63,875 nt of DNA from Narcine bancroftii. Its lineage: Eukaryota. The notes under the pieces were generated by a model. The model did no database searches. It was given only the letters and a program-made list of their open reading frames with translations, and was not told the origin of the DNA. Every line of letters begins with the position of its first letter. Within the stretch, counting starts at the first letter, position 1. The translations under genes were made by a program, and so were the position numbers. Positions 36,313 to 46,965 of this stretch are shown piece after piece. The stretch covers positions 19,220,001-19,283,875 of the forward strand of contig NC_091478.1 of the NCBI RefSeq assembly GCF_036971445.1, written 5' to 3'.

Positions 36313-38525
36313 TAACACTTAGTAATTGTAATTCCGAGATCGGTAAATTGATCCTTCACAATCTTAAAAGGAAAATTCGAATATCTTGATGTAGAAGCAT
36401 TTAAAGGTAAAAGTTCACCTTATACCCAGAAAAGTGACTAATTTAAGAAAACAAAGCTGATCTGCTTGGTAAAGAAACATCTGGATTGGATACAAAAAGC
36501 AAAAGGTTATCTGCATATGAGGAAACTTTGGTTTCAATGCCGTTCTTATGGATCCCTATAAAATTTTTACTTTCTCAAGAGCAATTGCTAGAGGTTCTAA
36601 TACCAAGTCAAAAAGTAAAGGACAACCTTGACGAGTACCCCGATGAAGATTAAAATGTTTTGATTGTTGAAAATAGGACATAAATATAATAATTTAATAA
36701 AATAGAGTCCATCTCTGCATCCAAACTGGCAGGAGTGGAAGGTAAATATAAACCATTCAATAAATGGTTTATATTAAAATAAGAATAACAGTTTTTAATA
36801 AAACTGGTTTGATCTTCAGAAATTATTAATGGTAAAATATTCTCCAATCTTTGGGCCAATATTTTAGACAAAATCTTCATATCTATATTAAGTAAAGAAT
36901 AGGTTTCTAAGAAGCACATTCAAATGGATCCTTCCCTTTTTGTCAAAATAAGAGAAACAAAGCTTCATTAAAAGATGATATTTAAATGTGTCATTAACCA
37001 CAAAACTTAGTTGGGATACAAGCAATTCTTTGGGGTACCCATCAGGTCCTGGAGATTTACCATATTGTCAGATACTGAGTTCAATATCCTTACCATCCTT
37101 CAGAAAAAGAAAGACCATCAGTTCTCCAACTCCTTCTGTTCAAGGAGAAGGTTTTTCCTGATTGTCCCACCAAGCCTTCACTCTTTTACAGACCATGATG
37201 AAATCTCTCTCTCGCCTTGTTAACCTCAAGAAAACAACCCAGCCCAACCAACTGCACAACTGAAGTGTTCCCATCATGGTGACTCCCTATGAATGTTTTT
37301 AATAGATTCTGCTATATAATGTATGTTTGAAATAATCTATTTACTCCTCGCAAGACCAATTTTAATCATCCATTCAAAATGATAATGTCTTCTATTTAAA
37401 GCAGTGGTGCAGGTCTTAGGGTAGATGCTTCACAGCATCAGCCATCCAGTTTCACTAATGGCTGCCTATGTTGTCTGACCTGATGTTTTTATGTTTTCTC
37501 TGTGACCATATAGATTTCCTCTGGTTTATTCTCTTGCACCCCAAGAACATGCAACTAAGACCAAGAATAATGGTTGTTTATTCAGGAAAAACAGATGAGG
37601 GTCATGTGATTGAGTCACTTGATGGGGACACAAAGAAACAGAATTCAGTTTTGATCAGCAAGCCATCTGATAAACAGAGGTGGAATGACTCTGTGTGTAA
37701 ATGGACATTTCTGCTGATTCTCCTTGTCAGGGGAATTATTGAACTGCTGAGACCATTGTAACGGTCATTCTGATTGACCCATAAATGGGTAGCGGAAGCA
37801 GTCAAATTCCGGCATTGGATCATGACCATTGTGATAGTTATTTTGACTGACCCGTACCTGGGTTTTGGAAGCATCATGGAAGTCACATGTTTCATTTCCC
37901 CTGCGCAAGGAAAAGGGGAGTTGAGAAAATCATATGAAAGGACATTTCTCTGGAAGCAATTCAACAAGGATTCATGAGTTTTCAGCAGTCTGATTACTCA
38001 AAGCTCTTTCATGCAGTCAAAAAACCTGTGTAAGGGCAGAGTTTCTCCTCCCATACTTCGAGAGCCACCTCCATGAATGTGCCATGGCCGACTCCAAGAC
38101 GCTGCGCTCTGCCACCTAGCATGAATGTAATGTAGCTGCAAACGGCTGGCTAGGGGCAGGATGATGACGTCGTGAGCCTGAGACACAGGAGTGGGGCTTT
38201 TAAAACACTTCAGGGAACTGCAGTGGATGCTAAGCTTGCATACAGTCTGTGTGGAGTTTGCACATTTTCCCCATGTCTCTGGGGCCTTTTTTCTGCCTAT
38301 AGCTTCCTAACCTGCATCCCAAAGATCTCCTGGCAGGTTAATCAGCTACTCTAAGCTGCCCACTGGTTCAAGTAATTGTAAGGGAATGAAAGGGTATGTG
38401 AGAAAGATGATGTTTTTAACCTCAAACCAATATATTAAGAGTGATGGCGTATCTCTGCTGGGAACAGACATTGACCTGATGGGGAAATGGCCTTCTGTAA
38501 TGTAATAAGTTAGATCCTTTATTAT

Positions 38526-38541
38526 TCAGCAGGTGGCGCTA
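38526..38541 (+). promoter_or_regulatory. CTCF motif
   Basis: TCAGCAGGTGGCGCTA, strong match to the CTCF core. Confidence 0.65.
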
Positions 38542-38759
38542 TGGTGCCAGTTGCCCCACCTCCATCGGATCCGAGGGCACTGCGAGGCGCCGCTCAACAT
38601 GAATCCGATGCAAGGGCAGCCTTTTGTGTGATAAACTTGCCTTTCCATTGGCAAGTTTATATTTTCCCTCCCCGCTTGTAGCTGGCCTCCAGGCCGAGGC
38701 TTGGTATGAAAGGGCCTGTAGTCTCTCATCTCCTTTGTAATTGCTTCTGAGCATCAGTT

Positions 38760-38979
38760 TAAAAGTCTGAATTTCAATACAGGATTTCTAAGATTGAACT
38801 TTGAATTTTCTTTCCAGAATTGTGCCTAAGCTGTAATGGTTTGGGTAATACACATTCACACACAGTTGGGGTAGATTTAAGTAAGATTTTATATTATTAG
38901 TAGTTATTAATAAATATATTGTTTTAAAAATAACCAGTCTCTTGGTGAATGTCTATTGTTGCTGGTCTGCGATGTAACA
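38760..38979 (+). mobile_element. LTR 3' fragment, related to the element starting at 50354
   Basis: AATAAA followed by ..ttggtgaatgtctattgttgctggtc..TGTAACA; its reverse complement resembles tgttacgaactagaccagcagcaacagaaattcac at 50354. Confidence 0.45.
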
Positions 38980-39465
38980 CACCTAATATGAAGGTGTATG
39001 GTAGAATCTAAGGGATGCAGAGAATACATAATTGAGTGCTTGATGGCGAGCTGAGACTTAATGGGCTGATTCAAGCTTGTTTTAATTATGCCTTAGCACT
39101 GGTGTCGCAGAATAGAAATGAGTGGCAATCTGAGAAATCAGCACGACAGGATTATGTGCTAAAGCCACAAATGCAGCATTTAACAGAGCTAAGCAATCTC
39201 ACAAACAACAGATCAGAACAACGTTCTGTGGTTCTACCACATCCAGGCAGTGTTAGTGGAGCCCCGTACATTCAAACCTGCCTGCCTGCAGGCACAGTTG
39301 TGGCCCCAAGTGCAGATGATGGTCAGCCCCCACCAGGGAAAATCTGACCACCCAGCCTTTTTCTCTCTCTCTCTTCCTACCCCCCCCCCCTCACAACCCC
39401 CGCAATATCAAGCATTCAGACGCACGTTCAGTCAAATGAAGGATCCATCTTGCTGAGATTCCCAT

Positions 39466-39690
39466 GGGCAGCACAGTTGGCGTAGCAGCTAGTCCAATGC
39501 TGCTGCAGTGCCAGCAAACTGGGTTCAAATCCAGCACTGTCTGTAAGGAGTTTGTACGTTCTCCCTGTGTCTGTATTGGTTTCCTCGAGGTTCTCTGGTT
39601 TCCTCCCACCTTCAAAATGTTTTGAGGTTTTTAAGTTAATTGGGGTAATTGCGCAGTACAGGCTCATGGATGCCAAAATCTCTTTTTTTT
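39466..39690 (+). mobile_element. tRNA-derived V-SINE (HE1-like)
   Basis: B-box GGTTCAAATCC at ~39522; gagtttgtacgttctccctgtgtctg V-domain-like segment. Confidence 0.7.
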
Positions 39691-40432
39691 TTAAAAATCA
39701 CATAAGACAATATTTAGCCAACTCAATTGATTCCACATTTATCAAGAAACAGCTGGGAGCAAGAGCTGTGGAAACAAAGATCAGAGAAGCCAGGTTAGCC
39801 CTGCAGCCTCTGAGCTCCAGGGGTTCTGGTTCAACCCTGACCACTGCATGTACACAATCCCTCCATGTCTGCTGACTGCCCTGGTTTCCACCCAAATCCT
39901 AGAGATGAGAAGGCAAGTTCACTGAGCAGTGGACTCTGTGCCCCAGTGAAAAAAAAGATGCTGATGGTTAATGTGAAAGGAAATCAGTTGCAGGGCTACA
40001 GGAAATGGGGCTGATGGGATTACACTGTCAGTTGGGGCAAACTGGATCGACTGAAGGGCCTCCTTTTAGTCATTAAAAAAAAAGAATTGTACTGAAGGCT
40101 CATGCTTTAGAATAGGCTTTACCAGATAAACTGTTCCATTATAGTTACCATGTGATTACTCAACTATAGGCTATATAAATCCAAGCATGATTACCACCTA
40201 CCTGTCTACTTTCAATGGACAAAGATACTTGGCCTGTCCCATGCCGTTTAACTCTATAAGTCTGCTTAGAGTGCTACCAAACATTTATCTTTCAGTAATC
40301 TGCTCATTAATGTCTAGTTGCTCTTCTGTCAAAACATGCGGCTCCAGAACACTCAGTCTTTGTGGACCAAAGAACAGAATTCTAATGGTGAGGTGAGATT
40401 TACTGCCCTTGACAATAAGGCAACACAATGCA

Positions 40433-40670
40433 GGTGGCAGTTGGCAGAGCGGTTAGTGCAACACTCTTTACAGCGCCAGTGATCGGAACCAGGGTTCAAA
40501 TCCCATGCTGTCTGTGAGGCATTTGCACATTGTCTGTGTAGGATTTCCCTGGGGGCTCGGATTTCCTCCCATTGTTCAAAACCTACCAGTGGTGTAATTG
40601 GGTAGCACCGGCTCATGGGCCAAAATGGTCTCTTATCATGCTGTATGTCTACATTAAATTAAAAAATAAA
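40433..40670 (+). mobile_element. tRNA-derived V-SINE (HE1-like)
   Basis: A-box-like TGGCAGAGCGG, B-box GGTTCAAATCCC, CR1-type tail and A-rich end. Confidence 0.7.
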
Positions 40671-40844
40671 AATTTAAACCCAGAGTGACAGCAAGGATCC
40701 CTAGTAAACCTAAAGTTGATGACCAAAGGGAAAATTCTCTAATAGTTGGAGACCACCCTGATGATGAGTTATTGTCATATACATGATTGCAAGGTTCAGA
40801 TGTAGTGAAATTCCTGATTGGTGCAGCAACAGAGAGACATAAAA

Positions 40845-41380
40845 CATAGAAAGGTTGTTTCCTATGGTGGGAAAGCCTAGGACGGTGGTTCTCAACCTTT
40901 TTTACCCCAATCACATACCACCTTAAGTAATCCTTACTAACTACAGAGAGCCTATGTAATAGGTCTCAGACAAGAGGGTACAACTTCAGGATTGAAGTGT
41001 GACCACTAAGGAGAGAGATTCGGAGGAATTTATTTAGCCAGAGGGTGGTAAATCTGTGGAATTTGTTGCCACAGGTAGCTGTGGAGGCTGTCATTGAGTG
41101 TATTTAATGCAAGTTCTTGAACAGCCAGGGCATCACATTCACATACCACCTTAAGTAATTCCTTACTTACAAATTACCTACGCCATCCTCTGCCATAGGT
41201 ACTCTGTGGTTAGTAAAAGATTTATTAAGGTGGTACATGACTGGGAAAAAGAGGTTAAGCATCACCGTTATGGGTGAAAGCCCAGGTAGTGGGGCTGAAT
41301 GGGGGAATGGATCAGCTCAATGGCAGGGCAGACTTGATGGGCTAAATAGCCTATTTCTGCTTCTATTTCTTATGGTCTTA
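40845..41380 (+). mobile_element. CR1 3' fragment carrying two partial hAT MITE insertions (~40883-40962 and ~41135-41267)
   Basis: CR1 3' text (tttagccagagggtggtaaatctgtggaatttgttgcc..; tail cttatggtctta) broken by MITE halves bearing TIR-like ends. Confidence 0.65.
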
Positions 41381-41472
41381 AAATACACTGAGAAATAAAA
41401 AGAATTACATTATTAACAAAATAAATATTCATAGTTAGATAGTACAAACAAAAATGCAATGTTACTTGTGAT

Positions 41473-44400
41473 CTTCTTTCTTTGGCTTGGCTTCGCGGAC
41501 GAAGATTTATGGAGGGGGTAAAAAGTCCACGTCAGCTGCAGGCTCGTTTGTGGCTGACAAGTCCGATGCGGGACAGGCAGACACGATTGCAGCGGTTGCA
41601 AGGGAAAATTGGTTGGTTGGGGTTGGGTGTTGGGTTTTTCCTCCTTTGCCTTTTGTCAGTGAGGTGGGCTCTGCGGTCTTCTTCAAAGGAGGTTGCTGCC
41701 CGCCAAACTGTGAGGCGCCAAGATGCACGGTTTGAGGCGTTATCAGCCCACTGGCGGTGGTCAATGTGGCAGGCACCAAGAGATTTCTTTAGGCAGTCCT
41801 TGTACCTTTTCTTTGGTGCACCTCTGTCACGGTGGCCAGTGGAGAGCTCGCCATATAACACGATCTTGGGAAGGCGATGGTCCTCCATTCTGGAGACGTG
41901 ACCCATCCAGCGCAGCTGGATCTTCAGCAGCGTGGACTCGATGCTGTCAGCCTCTGCCATCTCGAGTACTTCGACGTTAGGGGTGTAAGCGCTCCAATGG
42001 ATGTTGAGGATGGAGCGGAGACAACGCTGGTGGAAGCGTTCTAGGAGCCGTAGGTGGTGCCGGTAGAGGACCCATGATTCGGAGCCGAACAGGAGTGTGG
42101 GTATGACAACGGCTCTGTATACGCTTATCTTTGTGAGGTTTTTCAGTTGGTTGTTTTTCCAGACTCTTTTGTGTAGTCTTCCAAAGGCGCTATTTGCCTT
42201 GGCGAGTCTGTTGTCTATCTCATTGTCGATCCTTGCATCTGATGAAATGGTGCAGCCGAGATAGGTAAACTGGTTGACCGTTTTGAGTTTTGTGTGCCCG
42301 ATGGAGATGTGGGGGGGCTGGTAGTCATGGTGGGGAGCTGGCTGATGGAGGACCTCAGTTTTCTTCAGGCTGACTTCCAGGCCAAACATTTTGGCAGTTT
42401 CCGCAAAGCAGGACATCAAGCGCTGAAGAGCTGGCTCTGAATGGGCAACTAAAGCGGCATCATCTGCAAAGAGTAGTTCACGGACAAGTTTCTCTTGTGT
42501 CTTGGTGTGAGCTTGCAGGCGCCTCAGATTGAAGAGACTGCCATCCGTGCGGTACCGGATGTAAACAGCGTCTTCATTGTTGGGGTCTTTCATGGCTTGG
42601 TTCAGCATCATGCTGAAGAAGATTGAAAAGAGGGTTGGTGCGAGAACACAGCCTTGCTTCACGCCATTGTTAATGGAGAAGGGTTCAGAGAGCTCATTGC
42701 TGTATCTGACCCGACCTTGTTGGTTTTCGTGCAGTTGGATAATCATGTTGAGGAACTTTGGGGGACATCCGATGCGCTCTAGTATTTGCCAAAGCCCTTT
42801 CCTGCTCACGGTGTCGAAGGCTTTGGTGAGGTCAACAAAGGTGATGTAGAGTCCTTTGTTTTGTTCTCTGCACTTTTCTTGGAGCTGTCTGAGGGCAAAG
42901 ACCATGTCAGTGGTTCCTCTGTTTGCGCGAAAGCCGCACTGTGATTCTGGGAGAATATTCTCGGCGACACTAGGTATTATTCTATTTAGTAGAATCCTAG
43001 CGAAGATTTTGCTTGCAATGGAGAGCAATGTGATTCCCCTGTAGTTTGAGCAGTCTGATTTCTCGCCTTTGTTTTTGTACAGGGTGATGATGGTGGCATC
43101 ACGAAGATCCTGAGGCAGTTTACCTTGGTCCCAACAAAGCTTGAAAAACTTATGCAGTTTGGCATGCAGAGTTTTGCCGCCAGCCTTCCAGACTTCTGGG
43201 AGGATTCCATCCATACCTGCTGCTTTGCCACTTTTCAGTTGTTCGATTGCCTTATATGTCTCATCCAGGGTGGGAACCTCATCCAGCTCTAGCCTTAGGG
43301 GCTGTTGAGGGAGCTGGAGCAGGGCGGAATCTTGGACTGAGCGGTTGGCACTGAAAAGAGATTGGAAGTGTTCTGACCATCGGTTGAGGATGGAGATCTT
43401 GTCGCTGAGGAGGACTTTGCCGTCTGAGCTGCGCAGCGGGCTTTGGACTTGGGGTGAGGGGCCATACACAGCCTTTAGAGCCTCGTAGAAACCCCTGAAG
43501 TCGCCAATGTCCGCGCTGAGCTGTGTTCGTTTGGCGAGGCTAGTCCACCACTCATTTTGGATCTCCCGGAGTTTGCGCTGAAGATGGCTGCATGCGCGAC
43601 GGAAGGCTTGTTTCTTCTCTGGACAGGACGGCTTTGTAAGGTGAGCCTGGTGGGCAGCTCGCTTCTTTGCCAGCAGCTCCTGGATTTCCTGGCTGTTTTC
43701 GTCAAACCAGTCCTTGTTTTTCCTGGAGGAGAAGCCCAGTACCTCTTCAGTGGATTGCAGTATGGTAGTCTTCAACTGATCCCAGAGGGTTTCAGGGGAC
43801 GGGTCCGTGAGGCGGGTTGCAACGTCGAGCTTTGCTTTGAGGTTTGCCTGGAAGTTTCCTCTCGCTTCGCCTGACTGCAGGTTTCCAACATTGAACCTCT
43901 TTCTGGGGGCTTTATTGTTCCTGGGCTTTGGCTTGAAGTGAAGGTTGAGCTTGCAGCGAACCAGCCGGTGGTCAGTGTGGCATTCCGCGCTAGGCATGAC
44001 CCTGGTGTGGAGCACATCTTGTTTGTCACTTTCTCGCACCAGGATGTAGTCCAGGAGGTGCCAGTGTTTGGATCGGGGATGCATCCAGGTGGTCTTAAGG
44101 CTGTCCCTCTGCTGAAAAAGGGTGTTTGTAATGACAAGTCGCTGTTCTGCGCAGAGCTCCAACAGGAGGCGCCCATTGTCATTGCACTTGCCGACGCCAT
44201 GCTTGCCCAGGATTCCTGGCCAGGTTTCTGAGTCTTTGCCGACACGAGCGTTGAAGTCGCCCAGGATGACAACCTTGTCGGCTGTAGGGGTACGTTGGAT
44301 GAGGTTGCGCAGGTCGGTGTAGAACTTGTTCTTTTCTGCTGGTTCCGCCTGGAGGGTTGGAGCATAGACACTGATGAGGGTGATGTGACGCTTGTTTTGA

Positions 44401-44624
44401 AGTGGGAGTCGCATGGACATGATTCGGTCCGAGAGGCCTGTCGGAAGGTTTTCGAGTTTGGAGGCAATGAAGCTCTTGACCATGAAGCCTACACCAGATA
44501 GGCGTCGTTCATCCGAAGGCTTGCCAGACCAGTAGAGTGTGTAGCCCGCGCCGCGTTCTTGGAGGCTGCCTACATCTGCCAGGCGGACTTCACTGAGAGC
44601 GGCTATGTCGATGTCAAGTCTGAG
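41473..44624 (-). mobile_element. Young 5'-truncated RTE-clade LINE with 12-bp TSD GTTACTTGTGAT
   Basis: TSD at 41461-41472 and 44625-44636; short AAAG/AAG-type 3' tail; single APE-RT ORF; CpG-rich. Confidence 0.95.
41532..44624 (-). CDS. RTE ORF: AP endonuclease + reverse transcriptase + C-terminal zinc finger (N-terminally truncated, ~1030 open codons)
   Basis: The frame stays open upstream of the track Met (LRLDIDIAALSEVR..YTLYWSG). APE motifs GDFNARVG, LDYI, TDH; RT motifs YRGITLL, FVDLTKAFDTV, GVKQGCVLAP, FADD, YLG; C-terminal CNRC..H..C. Confidence 0.93.
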   Translation of the reverse strand, partial: LRLDIDIAALSEVRLADVGSLQERGAGYTLYWSGKPSDERRLSGVGFMVKSFIASKLENLPTGLSDRIMSMRLPLQNKRHITLISVYAPTLQAEPAEKNKFYTDLRNLIQRTPTADKVVILGDFNARVGKDSETWPGILGKHGVGKCNDNGRLLLELCAEQRLVITNTLFQQRDSLKTTWMHPRSKHWHLLDYILVRESDKQDVLHTRVMPSAECHTDHRLVRCKLNLHFKPKPRNNKAPRKRFNVGNLQSGEARGNFQANLKAKLDVATRLTDPSPETLWDQLKTTILQSTEEVLGFSSRKNKDWFDENSQEIQELLAKKRAAHQAHLTKPSCPEKKQAFRRACSHLQRKLREIQNEWWTSLAKRTQLSADIGDFRGFYEALKAVYGPSPQVQSPLRSSDGKVLLSDKISILNRWSEHFQSLFSANRSVQDSALLQLPQQPLRLELDEVPTLDETYKAIEQLKSGKAAGMDGILPEVWKAGGKTLHAKLHKFFKLCWDQGKLPQDLRDATIITLYKNKGEKSDCSNYRGITLLSIASKIFARILLNRIIPSVAENILPESQCGFRANRGTTDMVFALRQLQEKCREQNKGLYITFVDLTKAFDTVSRKGLWQILERIGCPPKFLNMIIQLHENQQGRVRYSNELSEPFSINNGVKQGCVLAPTLFSIFFSMMLNQAMKDPNNEDAVYIRYRTDGSLFNLRRLQAHTKTQEKLVRELLFADDAALVAHSEPALQRLMSCFAETAKMFGLEVSLKKTEVLHQPAPHHDYQPPHISIGHTKLKTVNQFTYLGCTISSDARIDNEIDNRLAKANSAFGRLHKRVWKNNQLKNLTKISVYRAVVIPTLLFGSESWVLYRHHLRLLERFHQRCLRSILNIHWSAYTPNVEVLEMAEADSIESTLLKIQLRWMGHVSRMEDHRLPKIVLYGELSTGHRDRGAPKKRYKDCLKKSLGACHIDHRQWADNASNRASWRLTVWRAATSFEEDRRAHLTDKRQRRKNPTPNPNQPIFPCNRCNRVCLSRIGLVSHKRACS

Positions 44625-44630
44625 GTTACT

Positions 44631-44872
44631 TGTGATAGTACAGACCTATCACCAGGGTATATAGTTACAGTATCTAGAGTATGTAATGACTGTGCTTGCA
44701 GTGATTGGCTGAGAGCTAAGCCACGCCTACTGTCTGGGCCTTAAAGGGTTGTGTCCCTAGCCAGGTCGGATCATTCCGGACTGGTCGGCCACCTGTGAAG
44801 AGCTCCTGTCTTTTGCTAATAAAAGCCTTGGTTTGGATCAACAAGTCTTTGGTTCTTTCGACAAGCTCTACA
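44631..44872 (+). mobile_element. Probable solo LTR (~242 bp) whose first bases were the RTE target site
   Basis: TGTGA...CTACA termini, ATTGG (44704-44708), TATA-like TTAAAG, AATAAA (44818-44823). The flanking 5-mers ttact/agact match only partly. Confidence 0.5.
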
Positions 44873-46056
44873 AGACTATAGTGCAGATCTTCAGTTCTGA
44901 AGTAGCTTATGGTTCATCTTAGAGCAGCACGAAGTTTGGGGGGGGGGGGGGGATTCAAGAGCCTGATAGCTGTTGAAAGAAAAACATTCTTGAACCTAGA
45001 AGTTCAGAACTTTAACCTATGTGTGGGAGAGATTTTTTATATGTTTAAATATTAATTCCTCCTCACGCGTCTTCAGATGGCGATCCAAGGAGGGCAAGTT
45101 AGGCATCAGCAATTTCTGTTGACCATTTAAGCATTGTTGGCTGATCATTTGTTAACATGGATGCTGCCCGACCTGCTGACTCCTTCCAACACAGGGAATA
45201 AATTTCCTGCTCTTCATTATACTTCCAAGGGACTTTCTTTCACAAGCATCTGGAAGAGTAGACAGGACTTTATTTTAACACCTCATCTGAAAGACATCAT
45301 CTCTGAAAGCTCAAACCTCACTCGGGGATGGGTGACAAATATCAATCTGGCTTTTCTGAGATCAAATCACAACCTTCTGACTCAGAAGCGTGCTGTCATA
45401 ACCACCTTGAAGCCAATACTGACACCAATATTGTGAATGAATGCGAGCCATTGCCATACACTGTTGCTCTTACTTGATACAAAGTATAATTCAGAAAGAG
45501 AAAAAATAATAAATATACAGGAAGGAAAAAAAAATTCACATTTGGGAAAAAAAAACCTTGATTCAGTGGTACAGACAGATCTTTGGTGATCTCGTAGCAG
45601 TGTTAGTTCTTGAATGATACTGGGAGTTTCATGAGCCTGCCAGCGTTTGGATAAAAACTGTTCTAGAACCTCAAGATGCTGGACTTTAGGGTTCTGTATT
45701 TTTTGCCAGAAGGTTGCAGCAAGGAGTAAGTACGACCAGAGATGGGGGCTTTATGATGTTGGCTGCTTTTTAAAGTCAGTGCCTCACATGGAGGCCTTCA
45801 ATGGACAAGAGGTGGATGATCATAATGGACTTGGTTGTGCCTGGCACTATTGTAGCCTTTTGCATCCCTGGGCATTTGAGTTTCCAAACCAAGTCATGGT
45901 GCAACCAGTAAAATTCTTTCGATGGCACATCTGCAATTTGAATCAAGTATTTGATTACTTGCCAAATCTCTCCTCAAATTGCTCAGAATCTAGAAGCACT
46001 GGTGTGTTTTCTTCATGTTGCCTCAATATGCTGGATGATTGGTGTTAATTTTCAGG

Positions 46057-46666
46057 TCTTCTTTCTTCTTTGGCTTGGCTTCGCGGATGAAGATTTATGG
46101 AGGGGTAAATGTCCACGTCAGCTGCAGGCTCGTTTGTGGCTGACAAGTCCGATGCGGGACAGGCAGACACGGTTGCAGGGGAAAATTGGTTGGTTGGGTG
46201 TTGGGTTTTTCCTCCTTTGTCTTTTGTCAGTGAGGTGGGCTCTGCGGTCTTCTTCAAAGGAGGTTGCTGCCTGCCGAACTGTGAGGCACCAAGATGCACG
46301 GTTTGAGGCGATATCAGCCCACTGGCGGTGGTCAATGTGGCAGGCACCAAGAGATTTCTTTAGGCAGTCCTTGTACCTCTTCTTTGGCGCACCTCTGACA
46401 CGATGGCCAGTGGAGAGTTCGCCATATAACACGATCTTGGCGAGGCAATGATCCCCCATTCTGGAGACGTGAACTACCCAGCGCAGTTGGATCTTCAACA
46501 GCGTGGATTCGATGCTGTCGGCCTCTGCCATCTCGAGTACTTCGATGTTAGGGATGAAGTCGCTCCAATGAATGTTGAGGATGGAGCGGAGACAACGCTG
46601 GTGGAAGCGTTCTAGGAGCCGTAGGTGATGCCGGTAGAGGACCCATGATTCGGAGCCGAACAGGAG
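46057..46666 (-). mobile_element. RTE LINE 3' fragment (~610 bp), slightly diverged copy
   Basis: Collinear with 41473-~42095, with substitutions and small deletions. Confidence 0.92.
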
Positions 46667-46794
46667 CTTTTGTAATTAACATGATTATACAAACATTTAA
46701 TGGGAACGTTACACAAAACCTTTACACAAATGACAAAAGGTCACAAAGTCTGTGTATGGATCCATGATGTTTTAACTAAGTGCAATTATTTTTA

Positions 46795-46965
46795 GATACA
46801 GCATGGTAGAAGGCCCATGAAACCCATGCCATCCAATTGCACCTAATTAACCTATCAAACCCCCTGGAGGAAACCCACACAGACACAGGGAGAACATACA
46901 AACTCCTTAAAGACAGCACTGGATTTGAATTCAGGTCACTGGTGCTATAATAATGTTGCTGCCCA
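46795..46965 (-). mobile_element. V-SINE (HE1-like) fragment
   Basis: ggaggaaacccacacagacacagggagaacatacaaactcc is the antisense V-domain-like segment. Confidence 0.65.

Larger units (their letters stand above)
32975..36985 (-). mobile_element. Degenerate L1-clade ORF2 3' half (host), interrupted by a sense L1, a (TG)n repeat and a composite element
   Basis: SLLNIDMKILSKILAQRLE, DQFTDLGITITK, PNFRFYYWAG, FRYLQIGHFV, GRRAILIKWK; minus-strand A-rich 3' end near 32975-33000. Confidence 0.75.

Noticed and set aside
39466-40520. tRNA-like A/B boxes
   Set aside because: These are SINE heads followed by V-domain-like and LINE-tail sequence; no cloverleaf.
41482-44501. Alternative-frame and antisense ORFs within the RTE
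   Set aside because: By-products of the main RTE ORF.
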